DNA of 62,535 nt from a bacterium (GCA_024226255.1 JAAELU010000158.1:1-62535), one strand, 5' to 3'; shown: positions 37,524 through 48,024, counted from the stretch's first letter. A program made the numbers and translations. Notes: a model not told the origin generated them from the letters alone.

Positions 37524-40472
37524 ATGGCACGAAGCCGATATCTCGCAGCCGCTGTAGTGGTTCTCCTGGTGTTGGGTGCGTGCACTCCATCGAGCTCCCC
37601 GCCCGATGACACCACCCAGGTGCCAACCACCACCGCGGCTCCAACAACCACCATGACAACAACTACAGAGCGCCCGGAGCCGACACTGGATCCCGCCGGT
37701 TCCTATGCGGTTGTGGCGTTCGCCAACCATCTCCCGGTCTTTGGAACAAATGGCGATGGCGAAGCCGATCGACCATGGGCGCGCTTGCACACGGCCCGCG
37801 ACTACGTGACGATGACTCGACTCATCGCCGAATCAAACGCCAAGATCGTGCTCAGCTACTCACCGGTACTGCTCGACCAGATTGGCGATGTGGCATCCGG
37901 TATCTGGGACCAGGCGGCTGCGATCACCGCCAAGCCGGTGACAGAGCTGACCTCCGAGGACAAGGCTTACATCGATGATGTGTTCTTCCGAGCTAGTCCC
38001 GCCCAGATCGATCGATTCCCCCGCTACCGCGAGCTCGTCAACCGACGCACTCAGGGACGCAACCTATCGCCGAGCGAGTACCGCGACATTCAGGTCCTTT
38101 TCAATCTGGCTTGGACTAGCCCCCTCTTGCTCGAGGAAGAGCCGCTGCTGAGCATCGCCGCCAAGGGCCGCAATTTCGCCGAGGCCGACAAGCTGGTCGT
38201 CCTCGACGCGCACATAGCCGCCGCTGAGGAATTCCTCACCGCGCTCGATGACCTCTCCACGGCGGGCAAGATCGATGTAGCGACCACCCCGTTGGCCAAT
38301 CCCACGCTCCCCTTCCTCATCCGCAACCGGATGGACCGTGACGCCGCCGACCACATCAAGATGGGCGCCGGACTCGCAGCCGACGTTCTTGGCCAAGCCC
38401 CGACGGGTCTTCTCCCGGATCGTGGACTGATTGATCAGGCCAACGGATCCTCCCTGCTGGCAGCCGGCTATCGGTGGGTGTTGGTGTCGGGAGGTGACCC
38501 GATCAACCCGATCCGATTGTCCTCGGAGGAAGGCACTCTGCTTGCGTTGACCATCGACTCCGACGACGTTGGTCGACGAATCGCCGATCACTACTTCGGC
38601 CTCGATCCGAATGCGGCGGCGCTCGACCTCGTTAGGAAGCTGACGTCCACCGTCGGATCGATCCCCGGCGGGGTTGCCACGATCGTGGCCGATGGCACGG
38701 AACCTTGGGGCCGCTATGAGGACGGCGGTGTCAACTTCCTTCGAAGCCTGCTGCGCCAGTTGGCGGGCGCCACGGAATTCTCAACCGAGCTGCCATCCGT
38801 GTTGAGTGCTTCGCTCGACTTTGAGCCAGGCCAGTATCCCGAGCTCCCGAGCAGCTACCTCAGCGAGAGCGACGAGCTGGCGGCCTGGGCCTTTCTGAGC
38901 GAAACGCGTCGCCAATATCTGCGCGAGGTCGAAGTTGGCGCTGTCGATTCGGCCGCCCTCGACCATGCCTATGAGCAGATCCTGCACTCCCAGGACAGTG
39001 ACTGGTACTGGTGGTACGGCGAGGAGCGGGCGTCGGGCGAGGACGCCTACTACGACGACCTGTTTCGCAGGAAGCTGATAGACGCTTGGGAGGTCCTCGG
39101 TGAGAGGCCTCCCAGTTGGGCCAACGTTCCCCTCAATGATTCGCCCGCGGTGGTGCCGACGCGCCGGAGCAGTCCACCGGCAACGATCACCATCGACAAC
39201 TCCATCGGAGAGAGTGAGTGGGCGCGGGCGGGATACTACGAGGATCGCTCCTCCGATCTCGTACGCCGGGTCTTCTACACCTCGGACGAGGAGTCGGTGT
39301 ACATGCGGGTCGACTTCACCAGCGAGGTGCTCGGCGACAGTGCCCCCGGCTTCGATCTATACCTCACGAGCGGTTCGGCCAACGGAAGCGCGCTCACTCC
39401 TCTGGAGAACCCCATCGGCTTCAAGGCGACTCAACTGGCCACCTGGCGCGGCACCAACCCGGTTCGCATCTCAGCGCCTCGCCCCTACCCCGGCGGATCC
39501 AACCCAAGTGACGAGATACTGGTCGCCGGCTTCGATGGGACCTCAATCGAGTTTGAGTTTTCGCTCGAATCACTTGGCGAGGGACTTCGTCCCGGCGACA
39601 GCATCGCCTTCCGAATCGTTGACGTGACCGGAGGACCGGAGGGTTCGGCCTTCCCCGCCGAAGGACGAGGCTCCATCGAGTTGCCCAATCTCGAGTTAGG
39701 CATCGAGCTCGCCTCGATCAGTGACCGGCTGCGAGACGATCACGGGCCGGGTTCGTACTCCTACATCACGGACAGCGAGATCCGCGACGGAACGTATGAC
39801 CTGGCGGGCCTCGCCGTGCGCCAGGTCGGTGGGCCGACCGAGGCTGACCCCGACTCAGAGAGCGAGGTGCAGTTCGAGATCACATTCCGTGAGCCACTCA
39901 ACAATCCGTGGAGTGCTCCAGCAGGCTTCTCGCATCAGACAGTTGATCTCTACCTGGAAGCCTATCCAGGAACGGCAACGGGAGCCCGACGCCTCCTCCC
40001 CGGACGGACTGCAGCGACGACCGACGGAGTCGGCTGGGACTACGCCTTCACAATCGATGGGTGGGAAGGTCGCCACTTCAGTGCCGACAGGGCGGGCGTC
40101 GTCACCGAACTCGAGACGCCGCTGCAGTACGTTGTTCTCGCCGATCGACAGACGATTCTCGTGACCGTGCCCAAATCGGCGCTTCCGCCCGGCGATGCCA
40201 CCATCTGGCGCTACGGCGTGGCCGTTCTCGCCAACCAGGCAATCCCGACGTTGGGAATTCACACGCTGCGGCCCCTGAGCGCCACCCCCGGTCGGTTCCG
40301 TATCGGTGGCAGCACCGGAGCGGTCAACGACCCCATGATCATCGACCTGCTCCATCCCGATGCCGGAGCTCAAGAGGAGGCGTTGACCTACCCGAGCGCA
40401 GTCCTGAGCGGCGATCCTGAGGTGATATCGGTTGATCGATTGGCGCAACTTCCGTTCCTGCCGGCGGCGTGA
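37524..40472 (+). CDS. large lipoprotein: GH57-like N-terminal domain plus glucodextranase-C-like domain
   Basis: Signal peptide plus lipobox (LLVLGAC) and a T/P-rich linker. The GH57-like region has FANHLPVF, ARDYVTM, SYSPVLLDQI and DWYWWYG. DHGPGSYSYITDSEIRDGTYDLAGL resembles the glucodextranase C-terminal module. The family call is from memory of the motifs. Confidence 0.6.
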   Translation: MARSRYLAAAVVVLLVLGACTPSSSPPDDTTQVPTTTAAPTTTMTTTTERPEPTLDPAGSYAVVAFANHLPVFGTNGDGEADRPWARLHTARDYVTMTRLIAESNAKIVLSYSPVLLDQIGDVASGIWDQAAAITAKPVTELTSEDKAYIDDVFFRASPAQIDRFPRYRELVNRRTQGRNLSPSEYRDIQVLFNLAWTSPLLLEEEPLLSIAAKGRNFAEADKLVVLDAHIAAAEEFLTALDDLSTAGKIDVATTPLANPTLPFLIRNRMDRDAADHIKMGAGLAADVLGQAPTGLLPDRGLIDQANGSSLLAAGYRWVLVSGGDPINPIRLSSEEGTLLALTIDSDDVGRRIADHYFGLDPNAAALDLVRKLTSTVGSIPGGVATIVADGTEPWGRYEDGGVNFLRSLLRQLAGATEFSTELPSVLSASLDFEPGQYPELPSSYLSESDELAAWAFLSETRRQYLREVEVGAVDSAALDHAYEQILHSQDSDWYWWYGEERASGEDAYYDDLFRRKLIDAWEVLGERPPSWANVPLNDSPAVVPTRRSSPPATITIDNSIGESEWARAGYYEDRSSDLVRRVFYTSDEESVYMRVDFTSEVLGDSAPGFDLYLTSGSANGSALTPLENPIGFKATQLATWRGTNPVRISAPRPYPGGSNPSDEILVAGFDGTSIEFEFSLESLGEGLRPGDSIAFRIVDVTGGPEGSAFPAEGRGSIELPNLELGIELASISDRLRDDHGPGSYSYITDSEIRDGTYDLAGLAVRQVGGPTEADPDSESEVQFEITFREPLNNPWSAPAGFSHQTVDLYLEAYPGTATGARRLLPGRTAATTDGVGWDYAFTIDGWEGRHFSADRAGVVTELETPLQYVVLADRQTILVTVPKSALPPGDATIWRYGVAVLANQAIPTLGIHTLRPLSATPGRFRIGGSTGAVNDPMIIDLLHPDAGAQEEALTYPSAVLSGDPEVISVDRLAQLPFLPAA

Positions 40473-40480
40473 AGAAGACA

Positions 40481-40600
40481 GGAACGGTCCGTTCCTGGGG
40501 AGCTGCTGCGCAGCTCCAGTCAGGAGTCAGGCCGCTTGGAGAGTTACCGTTCCTAGTTGTCAGCTAACGGGCACCCATTCGGACTGGTAACTGGTAACTC
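40481..40600. repeat. REP-like double hairpin plus heptamer repeats between convergent genes
   Basis: GGAACGGTCCGTTCC (40481-40495) and GGAGCTGCTGCGCAGCTCC (40499-40517). AGTCAGG x2 at 40518-40531. GAGTTACC (40541-40548) is inverted relative to GGTAACTGGTAACTC (40586-40600). Confidence 0.7.
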
Positions 40601-41932
40601 TCAGGCGCCGGCTTGGCGGCGGACTGTGGCACGATCGATCTTGCCGTTGCTCAGTAGAGGTAGCCGGTCAACGATCCGGAATTCTTTGGGCACGGCATGT
40701 CGGGACAGTTCACTCGCCAAGGCATCTCTGAGATCCTCGGAGACGAGGTGGTCTCCGGTCACCACGGCGACAAGGCGTTCGCCCCACTCGGCGTCGGCGA
40801 GTCCAAAGGCGACCGCACCGGTCACGGCCGGCAGCTGGAGCAGGGCGCGCTCGACCAAGCCCGGGTGCACCTTCTCGCCACCGGTCACCACCACGTCATC
40901 GCTGCGACCGATAACAACCAATCGACCTGATTGATCGAAGTAGCCGATGTCGTTGGTGGCGAATGTGCCGGATCGCGCAGGCTCACCCACGTAACCTGGC
41001 GACACTGTGGGCCCGGATATGCCAATCGCCCCGGGCTGCCCGGGTGGGGCATCGATGGTCACCTCCACCCCGGGAAGCGAGTGGCCCACAGTGCCGGCGG
41101 CGGCCTCCACATTGCCCGGCCGAACCGTACAAACCTGGGCGGCGGTCTCGGTCATGCCGTATGTTGGCAAGGTCTCAAGACCGGCCGCGTTGGCTTCCGC
41201 CACCAGCTCATACGAGGCGTGGGCTCCACCAACGAGCGCTCCGCGGACGCCGGGCCATGGCCCATTTGCCTCGCGCAGCAATCTGGTGAGCATGGTCGGC
41301 ACGAGGCTCACCCACGTAACGCCGACGCTGAGCTCGGTGGCGACTGCTGCCGGATCAAATCCATCGTGGAGGACGATCTGAGAGCCGTCGTGGGCGGCTC
41401 GCCAAAGAATCGCCAACCCGGCCACGTGATGGAGCGGCATCACGAGCAGCCAAGAGTCCTCGGATCGAGAGTTCAGGTGTATCTGCGAAGCGTCGGCGGC
41501 CGCTCGGATGTTGCCGGCCGTGAGCAGGACGCCGCGAGGCACGCCGCCGGATCCCGATGTCGTAACGACGACGACCGGACGACCAGAGAGGGGCTCGAGC
41601 TCAACCGCGTCCGGGCCGCGACGTTCCGGCCAACCCAACGTGGCATCAAGAGAAGCGGCGAGGTCATCCGCCGCGGCAACATCGAGTTGCGGATCGATTG
41701 GTACCGCGACTCCCCCGCCGCGCGGGATACCCCATAGGGCTGCAATCGTGGCGATGTTCATTTCCGCCCGGAATGCAATACGCGCCCCGTTCGGCACCCG
41801 TCCGGCGATCTCCGTCGCCGCATAGTTCAGCTCGGCGAATGTCAAACGATGATGGGCTGATCGCACTGCCACCCGCCCCGGCCACTTCTGGGTGGCGGCG
41901 GCGAGCATGTCGAGAGCAATCGGATCGTCCAT
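40601..41932 (-). CDS. menE: o-succinylbenzoate-CoA ligase (AMP-binding enzyme)
   Basis: 443 aa with the AMP-binding motif TSGSGGVPRGV, YGMTE and TGD-like regions. The assignment rests on family plus divergent adjacency to menB. Confidence 0.7.
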   Translation of the reverse strand: MDDPIALDMLAAATQKWPGRVAVRSAHHRLTFAELNYAATEIAGRVPNGARIAFRAEMNIATIAALWGIPRGGGVAVPIDPQLDVAAADDLAASLDATLGWPERRGPDAVELEPLSGRPVVVVTTSGSGGVPRGVLLTAGNIRAAADASQIHLNSRSEDSWLLVMPLHHVAGLAILWRAAHDGSQIVLHDGFDPAAVATELSVGVTWVSLVPTMLTRLLREANGPWPGVRGALVGGAHASYELVAEANAAGLETLPTYGMTETAAQVCTVRPGNVEAAAGTVGHSLPGVEVTIDAPPGQPGAIGISGPTVSPGYVGEPARSGTFATNDIGYFDQSGRLVVIGRSDDVVVTGGEKVHPGLVERALLQLPAVTGAVAFGLADAEWGERLVAVVTGDHLVSEDLRDALASELSRHAVPKEFRIVDRLPLLSNGKIDRATVRRQAGA

Positions 41933-41996
41933 TTACGGTCACTACAGTATCGACCCGAACGGCCCACCGACCGCGTACGTACATCGGAGACAGACG

Positions 41997-42905
41997 TTGC
42001 CAGCAGACATACCGGTTGTATCGGAGACATTCGACACCACTCAATGGAGTGAAGTCGCCGGATTCGACTTCACCGACATCACTTACCACCGGGCCAACGC
42101 TGTTGGGGCCGTCCGTATTGCCTTCAACCGACCCGAGGTGCGTAACGCGTTCCGCCCGCACACCGTCGATGAGCTGTTTCGTGCCCTTGACCACGCCAGA
42201 ATGACATCCGATGTGGGAGTCGTGCTGCTCACGGGAAACGGCCCCTCGGCCCGCGACGGTGGTTGGGCCTTCTGTTCGGGAGGTGACCAACGGATTCGCG
42301 GCAAGGACGGCTACAAGTACGAGGGTGCCGACGGGGTTGATTCGGGCCGCCTTGGTCGGCTCCATATTCTCGAAGTGCAGCGGTTGATCCGATTCATGCC
42401 GAAGGTAGTTATCGCAGTCGTCCCTGGATGGGCGGTGGGCGGCGGACACAGCCTTCATGTCGTGTGCGATCTGACACTGGCCTCGGCCGAACATGCGATC
42501 TTCAAACAGACCGACGCCGACGTTGCCAGCTTTGACGGGGGCTACGGGTCGGCGCTGCTCGCGCGCCAGGTCGGACAGAAACGGGCGCGAGAGATCTTCT
42601 TCTTGGGACGCGACTACTCGGCACAGGAGGCGTTCGACATGGGGGCAGTGAATGCAGTTGTTCCCCACGCAGAGTTGGAGGCAACGGCCCTGCAGTGGGC
42701 CGGAGAAATCACCGCCAAGTCCCCAACCGCACAGCGCATGCTCAAGTTCGCCTTCAATCTTGCTGACGACGGCCTCGTGGGCCAGCAGTTGTTCGCCGGT
42801 GAGGCGACTCGGCTTGCCTACGGGACTGACGAGGCGGTTGAAGGCCGCGAGGCATTCCTGGAAAAGCGCCCTCAGGACTACTCCGAGTACCCCTGGCACT
42901 TCTGA
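41997..42905 (+). CDS. menB: 1,4-dihydroxy-2-naphthoyl-CoA synthase
   Basis: DITYHRA..VRIAFNRPEVRNAFRPHTVDEL...WAFCSGGDQRIRG. TTG 41997 has a GGAGA RBS and avoids overlap with the menE start. The track start at 41892 and ATG 41907 are alternatives. Confidence 0.9.
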   Translation: MPADIPVVSETFDTTQWSEVAGFDFTDITYHRANAVGAVRIAFNRPEVRNAFRPHTVDELFRALDHARMTSDVGVVLLTGNGPSARDGGWAFCSGGDQRIRGKDGYKYEGADGVDSGRLGRLHILEVQRLIRFMPKVVIAVVPGWAVGGGHSLHVVCDLTLASAEHAIFKQTDADVASFDGGYGSALLARQVGQKRAREIFFLGRDYSAQEAFDMGAVNAVVPHAELEATALQWAGEITAKSPTAQRMLKFAFNLADDGLVGQQLFAGEATRLAYGTDEAVEGREAFLEKRPQDYSEYPWHF

Positions 42906-42906
42906 A

Positions 42907-43791
42907 GTGATCCATCCTTGGCTTCTGGCGGCCCGACCGGCCACATTGTGGGCAGGAGTGGCGCCCGTGCTCGTTGCCGGCGCGCTGGCGAGCCGAGACG
43001 ATGTCTTCTCCTGGCTCACGTTTCTGGTCACCTTGCTCGGCGCGGTCGCAATCCAAATTGGCGTCAACTTTGCCAACGATGTGGCCGACGCTGCCAAGGG
43101 CGCTGACACCGGCGAGCGCATCGGTCCGACTCGAGCCGTGGCATCCGGGCTCATCTCCGCTCGTCAGATGTGGATCGGAATTGGCGTCGCGTTTGGTATT
43201 GCTGTCGGCACAGGCGTCTACCTGATCTCTGTCGCCGGACCGGTGATCGCGGTAATCGGCGTTGCCTCGATCGTGGCTGCGCTCGGATACACCAACGGCC
43301 CGTCGCCGTATGGATACCGAGGGTGGGGCGAAGCATTTGTCTTCGTTTTTTTCGGGCTTGTGGCGACCGTCGGCGCCAGATTCGTGTTTGATCGAACAAT
43401 GCCCATCGGAGCGTGGCTCGCCGGGATCGTTATGGGGCTTCTGGCGACTGCAATCCTGCTGGCAAACAACATTCGAGATATCGAGACCGATGCCGCTGCC
43501 GGCAAAGAGACGCTCGTAGTCAGAGTCGGCCGTGAAGGCGGGATCGCCATCTTCAGCGCCAGCGTGGCAGGAGCCTACGTCGTTGTACTCCTGGCCGTTG
43601 CAACGGACTGGCTGCCTCTCTGGACGGCGCTCAGTTTGCTGACTCTGCCGCTGGCAATGCCTCTGATTCGGACTATTCGCACCGAGACGGCGGGCCCCCC
43701 ACTGATTGGTGTGCTGAAGGGCACGGCCCGATTGCAGCTCATCGTGGCGCTCCTACTGTGCGCCGGGATTCTGCTCGACGCCAACCTCTAG
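42907..43791 (+). CDS. menA: 1,4-dihydroxy-2-naphthoate polyprenyltransferase (UbiA family)
   Basis: The GTG lies 1 nt after the menB stop. VIHPWLLAARPATLWAGVAPVLVG.., NFANDVADAAKGAD (NxxNDxxD) and multiple TM helices are present. The part of the track ORF upstream of 42907 overlaps menB out of frame. Confidence 0.85.
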   Translation: MIHPWLLAARPATLWAGVAPVLVAGALASRDDVFSWLTFLVTLLGAVAIQIGVNFANDVADAAKGADTGERIGPTRAVASGLISARQMWIGIGVAFGIAVGTGVYLISVAGPVIAVIGVASIVAALGYTNGPSPYGYRGWGEAFVFVFFGLVATVGARFVFDRTMPIGAWLAGIVMGLLATAILLANNIRDIETDAAAGKETLVVRVGREGGIAIFSASVAGAYVVVLLAVATDWLPLWTALSLLTLPLAMPLIRTIRTETAGPPLIGVLKGTARLQLIVALLLCAGILLDANL

Positions 43792-43801
43792 TTCGAGATG
43801 C

Positions 43802-44053
43802 TCACTCGGGAGCTGCGTCCGACCGCGAAGCGACGCGGAAGCCAATCGCCGCACCAGCCACCGCGCCGAGGATCGTGACGGCGGCGGCCAGATAGGAGGC
43901 ATTGACAGCCTCTCCCTCAATGGCATCGACCCCATAGACCCACGAGGCGACGAGCGCACCAATGACAACCCCGAAAGAGGCTCCAACAACGAGACCGAGC
44001 AGCACCCGTCCAGCGAAACTGAGAAGATTTCCCACATTTGGCGTTGATTCCAT
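43802..44053 (-). CDS. small hypothetical membrane protein (glycine-zipper-like helices)
   Basis: 83 aa with two G/A-rich TM helices. It lies between menA and menD. Confidence 0.4.
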   Translation of the reverse strand: MESTPNVGNLLSFAGRVLLGLVVGASFGVVIGALVASWVYGVDAIEGEAVNASYLAAAVTILGAVAGAAIGFRVASRSDAAPE

Positions 44054-44075
44054 GGCGCAACGTTAACGTTGCGCC

Positions 44076-45800
44076 GTGACCATTCAGCCTGCCGACGCCT
44101 TCTGCTCCGGATTAATCGAGTCGCTCGCCTCGCATGGCGTGACCCACGCCTGTGTCAGTCCGGGGTCGCGCAACACGCCGCTGCTCCTCGCGATTGCCGC
44201 CCAAGGCGGAGTCGAGGTATCGGTACACCACGACGAGCGCAGTGGTGCCTTCTTTGCTCTCGGCCTCGCCAAGGCCACGGGCCGACCAACACTCCTGTCA
44301 TGCACCTCAGGTACCGCGGCAACCGAGTACCTACCGGCGCTGACAGAAGGGCGGATGTCGCACACTCCGCTGATAGCTCTCACCGCCGACCGCCCTCCCG
44401 AGCTGCACGACCGCGGGTCACCCCAGACAATCAACCAAACCAACCTGTACGGCGTTGCCGCGAAATGGTTTCACGACACCGGGGTACCCAACGCTGATTC
44501 GGTATCAAACGCGGATCACCTGGCGCGACAGGCGGTGGCAACGGCCATCGAGTCGCCCGCCGGACCGGTTCACCTCAACATCCCGCTGCGTGATCCTCTC
44601 GTCCCGGCAACTCGATCGCCGCAAGAGCCGCCGGCGGAGAGGCGACTGGGGCCAACGACGCCGCCGCCCGTGCGCCGCATCGTTCCCGACGAGATCCAAG
44701 TGCGTCGTGTGGCCGAATTGGTGAGTGGCCGCACCACCGTGATCGTCGCCGGCCAGTCCAGTAGCGACGGCCTTGGCGCGGCCGTTGGCGCCCTGGCGCG
44801 TGCGTTGCGGGCAATCGTCATCGCCGACCCGCAGGCGGAGACCCGTTTCGCAGGCAATGACGATCCGGCGCTGGTGTCCACAGCCGACCTCTTGCTTGCT
44901 GCCGGGTTCACCGGAGCGGTCGCACCTGAGGCAATCATTCATGTTGGAGCGATTCACACCTCGAAAGCCGTCAATCAATGGCTCAAGAGGCTTCAGATCG
45001 ATCTGATCCACATCGACGATGGCCAATGGCACGATCCTCTGGGGGTCGCCACCGAGGTTGTCGTCGCTGATCCGGCGTCGACCCTTCTCGAGGTGGCCAA
45101 GATCGTTGATGCCGCCCCGGACCGGTTTGCGGCCGACTGGAGACGTGTCGACGACGCGGCAATGGCCGCCCTTAGAGACACGCTCGTCGGGCTCTCGGAG
45201 CCCGCCATTGCCCATGCCCTGCTCGACACCGTCCCCGCCGGCGCGGTTGTCGTTGCCGGCTCATCGATGCCGATCCGGTTGATCGACTCTTACGGAACTC
45301 GTCGCTCGAAGCCAGGCCGCCTCATTGCGAATCGCGGCGCCAACGGCATCGACGGCACCATTGCGACTGCCTTGGGGGTCGCAATGGCAGGCATCGGGCC
45401 CACATACGCTTTGATGGGCGATCTCGCAGCTCTGGCCGATGCCGGTTCACTGGCCACCGCAAGGCGCCTTCGGATCCCTTTGACGATTGTGGTCATCAAC
45501 AACGACGGCGGCGGCATCTTCCGGTTCCTCCCGCAGGCAGACCCCGATCGGGTCGATCCGGAGGCCTTCACAAACCTGATCGCGACTCCGCACGGACAGC
45601 GTCTGGTCCCCATTGCTCGCGCCTTCGGCGTAGACGCCTACGAGGTCAACGATGCCGCCAGCCTCCGTACCGCCCTCGGGGAAAGGCCCGACGCCCCACG
45701 ACTGATCGAGGTCATCACGCCGAACAGTGGTGGTCCACTCGATCGAGCTCGGATCGTTGAGGCCGTCGTCGCCGCAACCAATGGCAGCTCTACTGACTGA
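44076..45800 (+). CDS. menD: SEPHCHC synthase (ThDP-dependent)
   Basis: 574 aa with SPGSRNTPL, TSGTAATEYLPA, ADRPPEL and GANGIDG...GDLA..D (ThDP motif). Confidence 0.9.
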   Translation: MTIQPADAFCSGLIESLASHGVTHACVSPGSRNTPLLLAIAAQGGVEVSVHHDERSGAFFALGLAKATGRPTLLSCTSGTAATEYLPALTEGRMSHTPLIALTADRPPELHDRGSPQTINQTNLYGVAAKWFHDTGVPNADSVSNADHLARQAVATAIESPAGPVHLNIPLRDPLVPATRSPQEPPAERRLGPTTPPPVRRIVPDEIQVRRVAELVSGRTTVIVAGQSSSDGLGAAVGALARALRAIVIADPQAETRFAGNDDPALVSTADLLLAAGFTGAVAPEAIIHVGAIHTSKAVNQWLKRLQIDLIHIDDGQWHDPLGVATEVVVADPASTLLEVAKIVDAAPDRFAADWRRVDDAAMAALRDTLVGLSEPAIAHALLDTVPAGAVVVAGSSMPIRLIDSYGTRRSKPGRLIANRGANGIDGTIATALGVAMAGIGPTYALMGDLAALADAGSLATARRLRIPLTIVVINNDGGGIFRFLPQADPDRVDPEAFTNLIATPHGQRLVPIARAFGVDAYEVNDAASLRTALGERPDAPRLIEVITPNSGGPLDRARIVEAVVAATNGSSTD

Positions 45801-45811
45801 GCAACTGCACC

Positions 45812-47140
45812 TCAGGTTGCGGTCAACACACTGAGCATTGGACGAAACTTGAGGCGGGTCTCGTCCAGTTCCGACTCAGGCCGGGAATCGGCGACGATGC
45901 CGGCGCCTGCATAAAGGTGGGCCGTGCGATGCCTGACCAACGCGCAGCGCAGCGGGATGGCGAAGGTGGCATCCCCGGCGACCGTCAGCCAACCGATGCC
46001 CCCGGTGTACCAGCCACGATCGATGCCCTCGACTTTGTCGACGAAGGCCAAAGCTGCCGCGCGCGGCGTGCCCCCGACCGCCGGGGTCGGATGCATCACG
46101 TTGACCAACTCCCACGGGTGGAGGGAGCCGTCTGTTGTACCAAGAATCTCTGTGGACAGATGCTGGACCGTGGCCATCCGGCGCAGAGACGGCTGGTTGG
46201 GAATCTCCAGCTGCGACACGTAGGGCGCCAGACGCGCTGCAATGTCTTCAACGACGAGTGAATGCTCCTCTCGATCCTTGGCTGAATGCATTAGCGCCTC
46301 GCCCAAAGCACGATCGTCCGCTTCGCCCTCGCCGCGCCGGGCCGATCCGGCCAGCGGGTTGACGCGGACTGACTTCCCGGACTTCTCGAGCAACAACTCC
46401 GGGCTGGCGCCGACGAAGGCCGAGTCACCGATCTGCCAGACGAACACGTAGCACTGGGGATACGTCGCGCGGAGATGATCGACCAGGTCAAAAACCTTGG
46501 GAGCCAATTCAGTGGTGACTACGACGCTGCGGCTCAACACGACCTTCGACAGGTCTCCTTGTTCGATCGCACCCAACGCCTCCTCGACCTCTGTTCGCCA
46601 CTGGGTTATAGGTGGGTGCGAGACGACCGAGTGGTCGCCAGGGTCAAACGGGCGGGCCTCTCCGGGGTCATCGAGGTCGGCGAGCAGATCTACCAAGCCG
46701 GTGAGGTCGAGTCCGGCCGTCCTGGTCAAGATCAAGTTGCTACTGCCGGCTGTCTGCACGACAGCGACCTGGGGAACAACGGCTTCAGCACCTGAGAAAC
46801 CGTCCCACTCATCCGCGGTCGGACCGTCCGCGTTGAAGGAGAAGCCGGCCAGGATCGGAGCGTCCGAGCCCAACTCGGCGGCATCGATCTTGGCTTGGAG
46901 CCGACCGAATCTGTCGTCCCCCGCTCCCGATGCTCTCCATGCGGCGCCCAGGCCGGCGACGACCGTACCGTCGGGCTGACAAACCAGTTGGGCACGGCCG
47001 AACAAAGGAGCGGCGGCACGTAGCAACTTGATTGGATCAACCGAAGTCACCACCGCGACCTGCGCGCACGCTGCGTCTTCGGAGGCACAACGAACGCGCA
47101 ACGCATCGACTTCTTCAGGCAGGAAAAGCACGGACGGCAT
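45812..47140 (-). CDS. menF: isochorismate synthase
   Basis: Chorismate-binding domain with PTPAVGGTP and GWYTGGIGW. ATG 47140 avoids overlap with the upstream gene, which stops at 47154. The track start is 47203. Confidence 0.85.
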   Translation of the reverse strand: MPSVLFLPEEVDALRVRCASEDAACAQVAVVTSVDPIKLLRAAAPLFGRAQLVCQPDGTVVAGLGAAWRASGAGDDRFGRLQAKIDAAELGSDAPILAGFSFNADGPTADEWDGFSGAEAVVPQVAVVQTAGSSNLILTRTAGLDLTGLVDLLADLDDPGEARPFDPGDHSVVSHPPITQWRTEVEEALGAIEQGDLSKVVLSRSVVVTTELAPKVFDLVDHLRATYPQCYVFVWQIGDSAFVGASPELLLEKSGKSVRVNPLAGSARRGEGEADDRALGEALMHSAKDREEHSLVVEDIAARLAPYVSQLEIPNQPSLRRMATVQHLSTEILGTTDGSLHPWELVNVMHPTPAVGGTPRAAALAFVDKVEGIDRGWYTGGIGWLTVAGDATFAIPLRCALVRHRTAHLYAGAGIVADSRPESELDETRLKFRPMLSVLTAT

Positions 47141-47153
47141 GTTACCGCCGACT

Positions 47154-48005
47154 TCACTCAGACCATTCGCCAGAGGCGGCACCGGCAGCAGCCGTGGCGA
47201 CAACGTCGGGCCGTTGCATCGGTACGAAGTGGTTGGCCTCGGGCACCCAGGTCACTGTGGCCAGCCGCATGCGGCCGGCCAAGAGACCGACGAACCGTGG
47301 CGAAGAGGTGCCCGATTCCTCACCGGCGATGATCTCGACGGGAGCCACGATCTCGCCGAGCCGACTGAATCCTCGATGGACGAATGCCGACCGATAGAAC
47401 TCGGCTTCGTCTTGCGGTCTGCACGCCAACCGCACCGCGCCTTCACCGGCCTCCGGATCGTCAAGCCAGCCACCATCAACCCATCCCTGGAATGCTCGCT
47501 CATCCCACCCAGCGAACGGGCCGCGCCCGCGATATCTGTCAATGACCGAAGCCCGACTGGGCATTTGCCTCGTACGCTTGAGGGCGCCGAGAGCCAGCGG
47601 GTGATCCTCGATGCGCTTGAAGGGCGGAGCGGGAATCACCGGCTCCACCAGGACGAGGCTACGAAACGTACCCGGGGCCAGAATATCGGCCAACGCCAGA
47701 GCGACCCCGCCCGCAGAGTGGCCGACGCCGATGACATCGCGATGCCCGTCGAGCACCGTTAGGACGTCTTCGCCGAGTTGCCACCAATCGAGCGGTGGCG
47801 TGATCGGGCTCGAGCCACCATGACCTCTCTGATCCAACAAGGTTGCGTCGATTCCAACACCGGACGCTGCGATCTCGTCGAGAACGGGACGCCACACTTC
47901 CTTGCAGAATCCGGTGGCATGCACAAACAGCGCCTTGGGCCCGCCGTCGCCGATACGTTCGTGTCCGACCGACAGGTCGACCTCACCGCTGGCAACATGA
48001 TTCAT
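47154..48005 (-). CDS. alpha/beta hydrolase (candidate MenH/SHCHC synthase by context)
   Basis: 283 aa with the nucleophile elbow GVGHSAGG. It lies immediately upstream of menF in the same orientation. The menH role is inference only. Confidence 0.65.
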   Translation of the reverse strand: MNHVASGEVDLSVGHERIGDGGPKALFVHATGFCKEVWRPVLDEIAASGVGIDATLLDQRGHGGSSPITPPLDWWQLGEDVLTVLDGHRDVIGVGHSAGGVALALADILAPGTFRSLVLVEPVIPAPPFKRIEDHPLALGALKRTRQMPSRASVIDRYRGRGPFAGWDERAFQGWVDGGWLDDPEAGEGAVRLACRPQDEAEFYRSAFVHRGFSRLGEIVAPVEIIAGEESGTSSPRFVGLLAGRMRLATVTWVPEANHFVPMQRPDVVATAAAGAASGEWSE

Positions 48006-48024
48006 GAGCTGAAGTTGGGAGCGA

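Noticed and set aside
41664-43154. 496-aa minus-strand ORF, plus similar long ORFs at 386-1264, 7321-8127, 21648-22973, 27929-28591, 40931-41737, 44505-45215 and 60472-61278.
   Set aside because: All lie antisense to, or out of frame with, well-supported genes (menB/menA, fumC, DUF4015, sufB, gltB, menE, menD, GGDEF-EAL). Their Arg/Pro/Gly-rich composition is typical of spurious open frames in high-GC DNA.
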